In this document: positions 39,959 to 49,629 of the stretch, in pieces
Position numbering within the stretch: position 1 is the first letter of the stretch
How the letters are laid out: each line of letters opens with the position of its first letter
Origin: Candidatus Krumholzibacteriia bacterium
GTDB taxonomy: Bacteria; Krumholzibacteriota; Krumholzibacteriia; JAJRXK01
Length of the DNA stretch: 64,000 bases
Reading direction: 5' to 3'
Assembly (NCBI GenBank): GCA_041484665.1
Contig: JBGPIA010000002.1
Location: 640,001 to 704,000, forward strand
Position numbers and translations under genes: made by a program
Notes under the pieces: generated by a model
What the model was told of the DNA's origin: nothing
The model's input: only the letters and a program-made list of their open reading frames with translations
Database searches by the model: none

Positions 39959-42664
39959 TCAGTCATTCCCGTTCTTCTTCTTCAGGCCATCCAGCAGGTC
40001 CTTGACCGCCTTGCTCGCTTTCTCCTTGAGGCTGTCAGAAGCGGCGGCGGGGCTTTGCCCAGCGGGTGGCGGGGTCCCGCTCCCTGCACTGGTGCCGGGG
40101 CCGGCCGGCGGCGCGCTCCCGCTCGCTGCGCCGGGAAAGAACTGTCGCAGCTTGTCCTTGAGCGCCTGCTGGCCGCCTTCCTTGGCGCGCTTCTGCACCT
40201 CGGCCAGGTCGAGCTCGATCTTCGGTTTGCGCGCCGGGCCGCTGACGCGCAGTGCGACGGTGATGCGTCCCTTGTCGTCGCGCAAGAGCGACGCCAGCGA
40301 CGTGAACGCTCCCAGGTCGGGTGTCACCCCCGGCGGCAGCTTCACCGTCAGCGAGTAGTCGACGCGCTGATCCACGATGCCGATGGACCCGCGCGCCGCC
40401 ACGCTGGTGGGCCCGTCCAGCAGCAGATCGTCGAAGCGCACCTGACCATCCTGCAGCTTGAGGATGGTAGCGATGCTGCTGAAGTCGAGCGCTTCGAAGC
40501 GCTTGGCCTCCGCGGCCCCCAGCAGGCTCGTGAGCTGGTCGCCCAGCAATGGTTGCGTGCGCAGCTGCCCCTTGTCCGATTTCACGTCGCAGGTGCCGGT
40601 CAAGTGGGACTGGATCGCCACCGCATCCGCGACCACGGGCCCAGACAGCTGGATGCGCCCCGAGAGGTTTGCGCTGAGGGCCTGCGCCAGCGATGCGGCG
40701 AACGGCGCAAACACCTCCTTCGCGGGTACGGCCGTGGCCTGCGCGTCCACCGACCAGGTCGGCGTGGGCTTCGTCAAATCGACGGTACCGCCGCCCACCA
40801 GCTTACCCGTGCCGAGGTTGGCCTGCAGGTCGCCAAAGCGCAGGACGCGCTTCTCCAGCTGCCCGCGCGCGAGCAGGTCCGTCAACTGGTAGCCGCGTGA
40901 GCGCAGCTCGTCGGCGCGGATCACCAGCTTCGCGACCAGGTTCTCCGGCGGCACGGGCAGCGTCACGGGCGCGGTGGCTGCCCCCTGCGCGCGTGCCTGC
41001 GGCGGCAGCACGCCCTGCAACCAGGCCTTGCGCACGTCCTTGCGCGCGGCGGCGCCTGGCTGGCCACTCTCCTTCGGCATCCAGGCGTCCAGGTCGAGCT
41101 GGCGGAACGCCAGCTGCCCGGTGACGTCGATGCGCTCCGGCCAGCCCGACAGCCCCGCGTTGATCGTGCCGCGGGTGCCCGGCCCCTCGATCTCGATGTT
41201 GAACAGATCGGCACGCAGCATCGTCCCGCGGGCGTTGCCGCCCAGCACGTGCAGCGTGTCGGGCAGTGCCGCGCTCCAGAGCGCCAGGCGACCGAGCGTC
41301 GCCTCCCAGGCGACGGGCGTGAGCTGCGGATCCAGCGGCTTACCCCTGGGCAGCTTCAGGTCCAGCAGCACGCTGACCGTACCCGTCACCCCCGGCCACT
41401 GCGCGGGATCCTGCTTCCCGGCGCGCAGCTCGGCCGGCAGCTTCGGCCAGATCTCCTTGGCGAGCGCCAAGGCGGGTGCACAGTCGAGGTCGAGCGTGAT
41501 CTTGCCGCGCAGATCGCCGCCCGGAAGTGCCTGGGCGGTGACCGAGCCGTTGGCGCGCACCCCGGGCGCGGCCGCTGCGAGGTCGTCCAGCTGCACCTTG
41601 CCGTCGCGCAGCGTCCAGCGCGCCGAGCCTTGCACCAGATCGGCGCGCCCCAGAGCGGAGATCCGCAGATCCTTTGCGCTGCCCGTCCCCGAGACCAGCG
41701 CGATCCATTGCTGCGGATTCTCCTGCTCCTCTGGCAGCGCTCCCTCGACGCGCAGCTGCCCCTGGATCCTTCCGCCCCGGATCTCGACGGGCTGTCCCGC
41801 GGCTTGCGGAATCGCCGCCAGCGGTCCTAGCGCCGCCACGGCGGCGGGTAGATCCACGTCCAGCTCGAGTTCCGCCTTCACCGCCGGTTTGGCGGCGAGA
41901 TCGAGCTCGATGGGGCCCTTCAGCCGCGCGCCGGCGGCCGTGAGGTCGGCGATCGTCAGCGTAGCGCGGCGCGCCTGCAGGTTGCCCTCCACGCGCAGTG
42001 AGACCTTTACGCCGGTCAGGCGGAGCGGCCCGGGAAGCGCCGCACCGGCGACCTCGAGGGTGCCCACGGTCGACTCCACGCTGCCCGTCAGCGCGCCACC
42101 CTCCTGCAGGTGCAACCGCGCGCGCTGCTGCACCCCATCGAGGCGGATCTCCTGCGCGTGCGGCGCGTGCACCGCAACGCGGCCGTCGCTGATCGAGAAG
42201 AGGCCGATCGCCGCAGCCAGATCTGACGGAACGCTGCGCAGCCCCGCGCCGCCCGCCGCGCCCGGCGTGGCCTCGCCAACGGGCGCGCCCGGCGTGGGCT
42301 CGGGCACCCAGACCTCCAGATCGGGGTGCTGCAGCCGAATCTCCTGCAGGCTGGGTTTGCGCCGCAAGAGCGACATCAGCTCGGCGGTCACCACCACTTC
42401 CTGCACGGTGCCCTGGACGCGCGGCCCCGCGGTCTGGCCCGCGCGCTCGGGCCCGGAGACCTGGAGTTGGCGTAGCTTGATCCCCACCGGCCAGGGAAAG
42501 CTCACCGTGGCCGACGCTGCTGACGCGTGGATCCCGGTGCGCGCGTAGAGCTGGTCGAAGCCCTTGCGCATCAGTGCGTCGGCGGGGACCAAGAGCCGCA
42601 CGGCAACCACGGCGGCCACGAACACCACGACCACCACAAGAACGACCCGGATCAGCTTGCGCAT
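39959..42664 (-). CDS. AsmA-family protein
   Basis: Single N-terminal TM helix, SLLRRKP.LQEIRL.HP, long beta-rich body, LDLD motif, C-terminal G.I.....RVDY...LRVSGP..KP. Confidence 0.85.
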   Translation of the reverse strand: MRKLIRVVLVVVVVFVAAVVAVRLLVPADALMRKGFDQLYARTGIHASAASATVSFPWPVGIKLRQLQVSGPERAGQTAGPRVQGTVQEVVVTAELMSLLRRKPSLQEIRLQHPDLEVWVPEPTPGAPVGEATPGAAGGAGLRSVPSDLAAAIGLFSISDGRVAVHAPHAQEIRLDGVQQRARLHLQEGGALTGSVESTVGTLEVAGAALPGPLRLTGVKVSLRVEGNLQARRATLTIADLTAAGARLKGPIELDLAAKPAVKAELELDVDLPAAVAALGPLAAIPQAAGQPVEIRGGRIQGQLRVEGALPEEQENPQQWIALVSGTGSAKDLRISALGRADLVQGSARWTLRDGKVQLDDLAAAAPGVRANGSVTAQALPGGDLRGKITLDLDCAPALALAKEIWPKLPAELRAGKQDPAQWPGVTGTVSVLLDLKLPRGKPLDPQLTPVAWEATLGRLALWSAALPDTLHVLGGNARGTMLRADLFNIEIEGPGTRGTINAGLSGWPERIDVTGQLAFRQLDLDAWMPKESGQPGAAARKDVRKAWLQGVLPPQARAQGAATAPVTLPVPPENLVAKLVIRADELRSRGYQLTDLLARGQLEKRVLRFGDLQANLGTGKLVGGGTVDLTKPTPTWSVDAQATAVPAKEVFAPFAASLAQALSANLSGRIQLSGPVVADAVAIQSHLTGTCDVKSDKGQLRTQPLLGDQLTSLLGAAEAKRFEALDFSSIATILKLQDGQVRFDDLLLDGPTSVAARGSIGIVDQRVDYSLTVKLPPGVTPDLGAFTSLASLLRDDKGRITVALRVSGPARKPKIELDLAEVQKRAKEGGQQALKDKLRQFFPGAASGSAPPAGPGTSAGSGTPPPAGQSPAAASDSLKEKASKAVKDLLDGLKKKNGND

Positions 42665-43797
42665 GATACCTCCACGAGTCTGCCGCCCCCCACGACGACG
42701 TCGCCGCGGTAGAGGACGACCGCCTGGCCCAAAGCAGGTGCGCGGTCGGGCTGCTTCAGGGCCACCTGCAGCCGCTGGCCGTGCAAGCGCACCTCCCTCA
42801 CCGGCAGGCCGGCATGACGATAGCGCGTCTTGGCGATCAGGCCCGGGCCGCCCGCCAGCGGATCGCGCAGGAAAGCCTCGTCGCACTCCAGCTCGTCGCG
42901 CAACAGCGACGCGGCGTCGCCCACGACCACGCGGTTGGTCCCAGGCTCCAGGCGCACGACGTAGCGCGGCGCGCCGCCCGCCAGTCCCAACCCCTTGCGC
43001 TGCCCCACGGTAAAGTGCGGGAGGCCGGGATGCGTGCCCAGCACCCGTCCCGCCTCGTCCACAATCTCGCCCGGGCCTTCGCCGTCACCGACCAGCGGCC
43101 GCCGGTCGCCGTCGGGCAGGAAGCAGATCTCCTGGCTCTCGGGCGTCTCCGCCATCGGCAGCCCGTGCGCACGGGCGGTCCGGCGCACCTCTTCCTTGGT
43201 CTTGTCCCCGACCGGGAACGCCAGCAGCGCGAGCAGCGCCGGCGGTACGCGGTACAGGAAATAGGACTGGTCCTTCGCCGCATCCCGTCCGCGCGCCACG
43301 AAGGCCTGGCCCGCGGCGTCCACCTGCAGCCGTGCGAAGTGGCCGGTCGCGATGCGGGCGATGCCCAGGCCGCGCGCCCAGGCGAGGATCCCCGGGAAGC
43401 GCACCCGCTCGTTGCAGCGCACGCACGGGTTGGGCGTGCGACCGCTGCGGTACTCGAGGATGAAATCGTCGATCACTCCCTCCTGGAAGGGGCGCGCCAG
43501 GTCGAGCACCACGTGCGGGATGCGCAGGCCGGCGCACAGCTCGCGCGCCGCCTCGACGGCCTGCGCGCTGCAGCAGCTGCGCGCGCCGAGCGCGCTGGAG
43601 AAGGGCGGCTCGCCGTAACAGAAATTGCGCGTGGTGACGCCCACCACGTCGCAGCCCTGCTGCACCAGCGTCCAAGCGGCCACGGCGCTGTCGACGCCGC
43701 CGGACAGCGCCACGGCCACCGGCTCGCCCGGGCGCGGCTGCGCGGCCGCACGCCAGAGGCCGGTGTCCGCCGCCCCCGTGGCCGCGGGGCCGCTCAT
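42652..43797 (-). CDS. mnmA: tRNA 2-thiouridine(34) synthase
   Basis: SGGVDS, GRTPNPCVRCN, ATGHF, KDQSYFL, ESQEICF, TVGQRKGL. Confidence 0.96.
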   Translation of the reverse strand: MSGPAATGAADTGLWRAAAQPRPGEPVAVALSGGVDSAVAAWTLVQQGCDVVGVTTRNFCYGEPPFSSALGARSCCSAQAVEAARELCAGLRIPHVVLDLARPFQEGVIDDFILEYRSGRTPNPCVRCNERVRFPGILAWARGLGIARIATGHFARLQVDAAGQAFVARGRDAAKDQSYFLYRVPPALLALLAFPVGDKTKEEVRRTARAHGLPMAETPESQEICFLPDGDRRPLVGDGEGPGEIVDEAGRVLGTHPGLPHFTVGQRKGLGLAGGAPRYVVRLEPGTNRVVVGDAASLLRDELECDEAFLRDPLAGGPGLIAKTRYRHAGLPVREVRLHGQRLQVALKQPDRAPALGQAVVLYRGDVVVGGGRLVEVSCAS

Positions 43798-44543
43798 CCG
43801 CCCGAGGAGGGCGAGGGCGGCTTGTCCGTGCCCGACGGCAGCTTGGGCGTCTCGGTGGATTCAAGCTGCTCGATGATCTTGATGTTCTCGGCGCTGCGCT
43901 GCCCCAGGTCGCTGGCCTTGTCGAGGTCGACGGCCTTCTGCCATTCGACCTTGGCCTCGCGATAGATTCCGGCGTCGGCGAACAGGATCGCGATGTTGTA
44001 GTGGGCCAACTGCGAGCGCGGGTTAGCGAGCAGAGCCGATTTGAAATTCTCCAGGGCCTTGTCGATCTGTCGCTTCTTGAAGTAGACGCCTCCCAGGTTA
44101 CAGAGCGTCTTCTCGTCCTTGGAATCGATGGCCAGGGCCTTACCGTAGGCGACCACGGCCTGATCGAGCTGACCCAACTCGTCGTACACGCTGCCCAGGT
44201 TGAGCCAGCCCCCGATGAATTCGGGCTTCTGCTCCGAGACCATCTTGAGGTGCGCGACCGCGCTGTCGAGCTGCCCCTGGTCGAAGTAGAGGTTGCCCAG
44301 GCTGAAGCGCAGCCCGTAGTCGCGGGGCTTCTTGGCGAGCTCGCCGCGCAGGAAGTCGATGCGCGTCGTGTTGTCGGGCAGGCTGTCGAGCTTCTTTTGC
44401 GTCTCGGGCGAGAGCAGCGCGTTGGCCGCCAGACAGGTCAAGGCGCCGGCCAGAAGCCACGCCAACGCCGTTGCGGCGCCCAGCGCGCGCCGAGCCGCTC
44501 GCGCGGTCCCGACGCCACCTTCCAGACGCGGATGCCACTCCAT
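43794..44543 (-). CDS. Exported tetratricopeptide repeat protein
   Basis: Signal-like N-terminus; several TPRs (WLNLGSVY, LCNLGGVY, AHYNIAILF). Confidence 0.85.
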   Translation of the reverse strand: MEWHPRLEGGVGTARAARRALGAATALAWLLAGALTCLAANALLSPETQKKLDSLPDNTTRIDFLRGELAKKPRDYGLRFSLGNLYFDQGQLDSAVAHLKMVSEQKPEFIGGWLNLGSVYDELGQLDQAVVAYGKALAIDSKDEKTLCNLGGVYFKKRQIDKALENFKSALLANPRSQLAHYNIAILFADAGIYREAKVEWQKAVDLDKASDLGQRSAENIKIIEQLESTETPKLPSGTDKPPSPSSGG

Positions 44544-44620
44544 GATCTCCCCTTTCCGCCCACCGAGCAGGCGAACGTCGCGCAATCCCGGGCCGGCGAG
44601 GGCCCCGTCATGCCGCGTGC

Positions 44621-45910
44621 TCAGAACCACTTCTCCGAGCCCGTGAGGCTGAACGCAAGACGCCAAATCTTCTCACGGACGCCATTCTCCTGCAGCGATC
44701 CAACCTCGCTGTAGCCCAGGGCGATGTCCCCTCGGCTGCCCCCGCCGAGCATCCGGATCGCCGTCCCGACCGTGATCCCCCACTCCTGCACGCGGTGCCC
44801 TTGCAGGCTGTAGTTCCAGCGGCGCACGTAGGCTCCCGCTCGCAGCGCCAGCGGGCCGCCTCGGGCGGCCTCCTCGCGCTCCAGCCCCACGCGCGCCACG
44901 CTCTCGTCCTGCAGCGAGCCCTCGTAGGACGGACGGCCGCGGTAGTGGCTCCAGAGCTCCTGCTCCAGGTCGGCGCCGATGCTCCAGGCCGCTCCCACGG
45001 ACGCCCGTGCGCCAACGCCCCAACGCGGCGGCAGGCGGTCCTTGCGGGTGCTGTTCTCGCGGGCATCCAGCGCCACTCCGCGGCGCTGCACGTCCACGTT
45101 GGCCGTACGCTGGGGAACGAAGTAGCCGCCCAGCGAAAGGCCCCGCAGATCATACACCGCCAGCGCGATCTCGGACGCGGTCGCGGTGAAGACGTCCTCG
45201 CGCACGTCGGTGGGATCGATGAGATCCGTGCCCGCCAGATCGGCCGTGTAGCTCTCGCGGATGGTGCCCCGCTCGAGCAATACCCCCATCCCCAGCCGGA
45301 CGTGGCGGTTCACGCCGACGCCCAGCTCGAGGGGGACCTCGAACTGCGTGCCCTCGCGCTGGATGCGCTCGATGATGGTCGGATTGCTCGCGTTCGGCCG
45401 CACCACGGTCCATTGCGTCGTACGCCGCGCCTGGAAGCCCGAGCCGAAGCCCAGGTGCCGTCCCAGCGGCAGCGCCACGCGCAGCGTCGGGCTCATGAGA
45501 TCGTACCGGGTGATGCTGGCGGCGTCCTCCCGCGAGTCCCGGCGGGCCCATTGGCTGGCCAGGCTCACGGTCACGCGGCGCACGTCCACCAGCTGCGTCG
45601 GCAGCGTGATGTTGGCGTTGAGGGAGTCGCGAAAGGCCAGCCCGGTACCCCCGCGTCCCTCGGCGCGGGCGTCGGACAGGCGCGCATCGCCACCAAAGTA
45701 CACGAGCCCGAACACCGAGTCGGCGCGGACGGGCGCGGGGTGCAGCGCGGCGCAGGCGGCTGTGGCCAGGATGGCGGTCCACACGGCGGTCCACACGGGG
45801 GCCCGCACGCAGGTCCAAACGGAGGTCGCCGCGCGCGCACGGCCGCGCAGCTGCGCGGCGGCGGTCCAGGCCCGCCTGGTACGCGTTCCGTTGCCCTGGG
45901 CGGCGCTCAT
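44621..45910 (-). CDS. Outer-membrane beta-barrel protein (FadL/PorV-like architecture)
   Basis: Signal peptide, ARAEGRGGTGLA N-terminal segment, alternating beta strands, C-terminal EKWF. Confidence 0.7.
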   Translation of the reverse strand: MSAAQGNGTRTRRAWTAAAQLRGRARAATSVWTCVRAPVWTAVWTAILATAACAALHPAPVRADSVFGLVYFGGDARLSDARAEGRGGTGLAFRDSLNANITLPTQLVDVRRVTVSLASQWARRDSREDAASITRYDLMSPTLRVALPLGRHLGFGSGFQARRTTQWTVVRPNASNPTIIERIQREGTQFEVPLELGVGVNRHVRLGMGVLLERGTIRESYTADLAGTDLIDPTDVREDVFTATASEIALAVYDLRGLSLGGYFVPQRTANVDVQRRGVALDARENSTRKDRLPPRWGVGARASVGAAWSIGADLEQELWSHYRGRPSYEGSLQDESVARVGLEREEAARGGPLALRAGAYVRRWNYSLQGHRVQEWGITVGTAIRMLGGGSRGDIALGYSEVGSLQENGVREKIWRLAFSLTGSEKWF

Positions 45911-45918
45911 CTGCGCTC

Positions 45919-47229
45919 CTAATCCCGGTAGTGCGCCGGCGGGGTGACCAACAGCTCGATGCGCGGGCGCAGCGCCGGGTCGCTGGCGTTGGTCCCGAAC
46001 AGTCCTGCCCACCCCAGCTCCAGCAGCTCGCTATTGAGCGCCAGGAGCAGGCCGTCGTCGGGCTGCAATACTCCGTTGACCTTGCGCTGGACGAATTCGG
46101 TGACGTTGACCCGCACCCGGACCGCCGCGCGCAGGTCCACCGACGAGGCGCTGTTGAGCACGGCCTCCAGGGTCGTCGCATCCGCTACCCCGGCGTTGGC
46201 CAACGTCGAGCGGTACGCAGCCATGGCCGCATTGGCCGTGCCGACGGTGCGGCTGCGGTCGATCGGCAGCACCAACAACGCGCGATTGATGGTGGACGTT
46301 GGATCGATGGCGCTCAGATCGAAACGCAGCCAGACACGCGCCGGCAGGTGCGACCCCAGCGCGAGGCCCGGATCAACCGGCGGGTCGGCCGGCCGCACGA
46401 AGTGGGTGAGGTCGTCGATCGCCGGGTACGCGCGGAAGGTCAGGTTGGGATCGCCGAGCTCGATGACGATCTCCGGAGCAACGACCTCCAGCGCCTGCTC
46501 GGGGAGCAGCAGGGAGAAGTGGGTGAGCTGCTTGCTGGCCAACCCCACGATGTTGGTGTCGGGCGTGTCGGTGCGGTCCACCAGCGCCAGTCCCATGTGC
46601 CCCCGCGCCTGGATCCAGCTGGCCACCCGGGTTGAGTCGAGCGGGATCCGGAAGTCGGCGGATCCCGGCAGGTCCCGCGCAATCGCCAGCGAGTCGCCCA
46701 GTACGGCCGCGAGCGTGCTGTCGGCCAGCCCGGCGTTGAGCGTGTCGCGCAGCGCGTAGAGGGCGACCGTGCGCGCGCCGCGCCCGAGATCGCTCGCCAG
46801 GATCTTCAGCTCCAGGCTTACCCGCAGCCAGCGGTACGCGAAGACATGGACGGTGTCCGGGACGGCCGCGAAGTTGAAGCGCACAAGCGGCGTCGCTCTC
46901 CAGCCTGCCGAGCGCTGGGTCCCTAGGTAGAGCACCTCGCGGTCGATCAACAGCTGGCTGGCGGCCGGGATCACCTTCATCTCCTGCACGGTGCCGACCA
47001 CGCTGTCCGGCACGGCGAGGTGGTCCTGCTGCACGTCGATCGGCAGCCCCGACCCTGCGGTGTTGAACGGATTGCTGTTGCAGGCACAAAGCAGCAGAGC
47101 GGGCAGAAGCAGCGCCAAGAGCGGCGGCGCGGGCAAGCGCAGCGCCGAACACGGCAGCGCCGGCCGCGGTGCCCGCCGCAGCAGCGGCCGGGGCTGGGGT
47201 CGCGCCCCAGAGCGTCCGCGCCGGATCAC
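45919..47229 (-). CDS. Putative outer-membrane lipoprotein (DUF4270-like)
   Basis: Lipobox LLCAC; beta-rich body with WLRFDL...INRALL; the family call is tentative. Confidence 0.55.
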   Translation of the reverse strand: MIRRGRSGARPQPRPLLRRAPRPALPCSALRLPAPPLLALLLPALLLCACNSNPFNTAGSGLPIDVQQDHLAVPDSVVGTVQEMKVIPAASQLLIDREVLYLGTQRSAGWRATPLVRFNFAAVPDTVHVFAYRWLRVSLELKILASDLGRGARTVALYALRDTLNAGLADSTLAAVLGDSLAIARDLPGSADFRIPLDSTRVASWIQARGHMGLALVDRTDTPDTNIVGLASKQLTHFSLLLPEQALEVVAPEIVIELGDPNLTFRAYPAIDDLTHFVRPADPPVDPGLALGSHLPARVWLRFDLSAIDPTSTINRALLVLPIDRSRTVGTANAAMAAYRSTLANAGVADATTLEAVLNSASSVDLRAAVRVRVNVTEFVQRKVNGVLQPDDGLLLALNSELLELGWAGLFGTNASDPALRPRIELLVTPPAHYRD

Positions 47230-47672
47230 CGGCCCGCTCTCCCGGGCAGCGGCGCGAGCTCGGTGCCGACGCTCACGCCCGCGAACCCGGCCTCGCGCAC
47301 CAGATCCAGCAGGTGCACGACGTCGCCGTGGCGCGCGCCGGACTCCGCCTTGATCAGGATGCGCTGCCCGGACGCCCGGCCCGCGATCTGCGCAAGGCGG
47401 GCGGGGAGCGCCGACTGTTCGGTCGCCTTGCCGTCCAGCATCACCGCGCCGTCGGCCAGCAGCACGAGCTCCGACTGTTGCTGCGACTCGCCGGCCCCCG
47501 CCGCGACGGCAGTGGTGGACTTGGGCAGGTCGAGCTTGAGCTCGCCGTGGCGCCGAAACGTGGTGGTGAGAACGAAGAACAGCACCAGCACGAACAGCAC
47601 GTCCACCAGCGAGATCACGTTCAACATCGTGATTCGCCTGCGCCGCGTGTAGGTTCTAAACACCATCTGCAT
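47226..47672 (-). CDS. exbD: ExbD/TolR biopolymer transporter
   Basis: NVISLVDVLFVLVLFFVLTTTF, LDLP, IKAE....HG.VV.LLD.VR.AG. Confidence 0.92.
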   Translation of the reverse strand: MQMVFRTYTRRRRITMLNVISLVDVLFVLVLFFVLTTTFRRHGELKLDLPKSTTAVAAGAGESQQQSELVLLADGAVMLDGKATEQSALPARLAQIAGRASGQRILIKAESGARHGDVVHLLDLVREAGFAGVSVGTELAPLPGRAGR

Positions 47673-48292
47673 CAGGAGAGCACCTCGGCGCGGCGCTGGC
47701 GCAAGCGCGACACCAGACGGCTGGCGTAGGACTCGATCTCGACGACGTAGGTCTCGGCGCGCGCCGCGATGAGGTTGTAGGCCACCAGCGTGGGAATTCC
47801 GATCGCCAGGCCGGTCGCAGTGCAGATCATGGCCTCGCTGATGCCCGTGGAGAGCATGGCGGGATCCCCGAGCGCGCCCGAGGAGATGGCGCGGAAGACC
47901 TTCATCATCCCGGTGACCGTCCCCAACAGCCCCAGCAACGGCGCGACACCCGCGATCGTCTCGAGGAACACCAGATTGCGCTCCAGCCGCGGGATCTCCT
48001 GGCGTCCCGCGTCGAGCACCGCGTCACGCATGACCTCCCACGGCTCCCCCGCATGCTCGAGCCCGGCGCGCACCACCGCGCTGAAGGCGCCGCGGCTGCG
48101 CCCGCACAGGGTGATCGCCACGCTCAAGTCGCGCCCCGGCTCGACCGCCTCGGTGATATCGACGATCTCGCGGGGGAGGATGCGACTGCGGCGCAGCGCG
48201 AGCACGCGCTCGAACGTGATCGTCGCCGCCAGGAGGCTGCACAGCCCCAGCGGGATCATGACGGGGCCGCCCTTGGCCAGGAAACTCCACAT
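47672..48292 (-). CDS. exbB: ExbB/TolQ/MotA proton channel
   Basis: GGPVMIPL, APLLGLLGTVTGM, GISEAMICTATGL.IGIP. Confidence 0.92.
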   Translation of the reverse strand: MWSFLAKGGPVMIPLGLCSLLAATITFERVLALRRSRILPREIVDITEAVEPGRDLSVAITLCGRSRGAFSAVVRAGLEHAGEPWEVMRDAVLDAGRQEIPRLERNLVFLETIAGVAPLLGLLGTVTGMMKVFRAISSGALGDPAMLSTGISEAMICTATGLAIGIPTLVAYNLIAARAETYVVEIESYASRLVSRLRQRRAEVLS

Positions 48293-48430
48293 CGCTCTCT
48301 CGTCCTGCGGTCCCGTGGGGGCCCCGGAGCGGGCCACCCAGGGGGGGACCACCTTAGGGGGTTGGCGGCGGACCTGGCAAGTGGCGCGTCCGGTCGGTGG
48401 TCTGGGTGCTGCCGGTGGTGCCCGCGCGCA

Positions 48431-49582
48431 TCAATGCTCGTGGTCGGGGTAGATCATCTTCAGGCGAAGGACGAGCGAGGGCTCTGGAAAGTCCTCTGGC
48501 AATGCCTGGTAGGGTGCTGTCGACCGCAAGGCGGCAATGCTGTGCTCACGCAGCGAGCTGTGTCCCTCCTCGCCGAGGACTTCCAGGCGGACCAGCTTCC
48601 CGTCGCGCGCGACTTCCAGCTCCACGAGGGTGTAGCCATGGATCACGCCGAGGTAGTACGCGTACGGAGCCCGCCAGTTCCGTTGGACCTCCCGGAAGAA
48701 GTGCTGCAACCACGGCGCATAGGCCCACTTGATGGTGCTGAGGCTGACGTCTCCGAAGAGCTGGACGTTGCCCCCGGGGTTGTCCATCTCCTCCTGGTAG
48801 ATGTCGGTCGTGCCAAGCCGCTGGAGCAGCACCGGCGTCGCCGGCCCACCCTCGCCGCGTCCCAGCAGGTCTTCGCGGGAATCCGCGGTGGACGCCCGGC
48901 GCCGCCGCGCGTCGTCAGCGGCGGCCGCGCTACCGGCGTCCTGGGCGGTGGCGTTCTGCGCGGTTGCGTCCAACGCGGAGCCATCCTGCGGCGGACCACC
49001 CGGGCCGGGGCCCGCGGCGGGCGGGCGCGCTGGCCGGCCGCCTGGGGATGCTTGCGCGCCGGCGGCGGACGCCTGCGCGCCGGCCGGCGGCAGCACTGGC
49101 TGGGGCTGGCCGGCGGGCTCCATGCCGACGTGGGGTGCCTCGCCCCGTCCCTTCAGCTCGGGCAGGCCCGTGTCTTCGCCTCCGGGACGCCGGTCGCGCG
49201 CCCGGCTGTCGACGTTGCTCAGGAAGTCGGGGCGCTCCGGGCGCACGTCGGTGCGGTCCACGGGCAGCTCGCTGAATTCGCTGGGCTGCTTGGGCTCCGG
49301 CGGTGTCGGCGCGGGCCGCTCGCCGCTCACGGCAGCCTGGGATGCGGCCGATGCGCTCACCGCCTGGTCGAAGACGAACGAGACAGGCTCGGGAGCGGAG
49401 GCCTGCAACGTGGCCGGCCCACCCAGCCCCACCCAGCGGGCCCCCAGGCCGCACACGATGTGGAACAGCAGCGCCAGGATCAGCGCCGCCAGCCAACGCC
49501 CCCGCTCGGAAGCCGCCGACTCGCAGGACGCAAACGCTTGCTCGCGGGAGGCGGGCCCGAAGGTTGCTGGCTGAGTTGACAT
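48431..49582 (-). CDS. TonB/TolA-family energy transducer
   Basis: TM helix ALILALLFH, Pro-rich linker, C-terminal WL..F.REVQRNW.AP...RDGKL..LEV...ALR..APY..LP. Confidence 0.8.
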   Translation of the reverse strand: MSTQPATFGPASREQAFASCESAASERGRWLAALILALLFHIVCGLGARWVGLGGPATLQASAPEPVSFVFDQAVSASAASQAAVSGERPAPTPPEPKQPSEFSELPVDRTDVRPERPDFLSNVDSRARDRRPGGEDTGLPELKGRGEAPHVGMEPAGQPQPVLPPAGAQASAAGAQASPGGRPARPPAAGPGPGGPPQDGSALDATAQNATAQDAGSAAAADDARRRRASTADSREDLLGRGEGGPATPVLLQRLGTTDIYQEEMDNPGGNVQLFGDVSLSTIKWAYAPWLQHFFREVQRNWRAPYAYYLGVIHGYTLVELEVARDGKLVRLEVLGEEGHSSLREHSIAALRSTAPYQALPEDFPEPSLVLRLKMIYPDHEH

Positions 49583-49629
49583 GGCGTGAGCACGCACCCT
49601 AACGTGGCGGCGCGCCGGGAATCCCATCC

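Noticed and set aside
45770..45830. Repeated VWT units in the barrel's N-terminal region
   Set aside because: A short 12-bp slippage in a signal-peptide region with no evidence of function.
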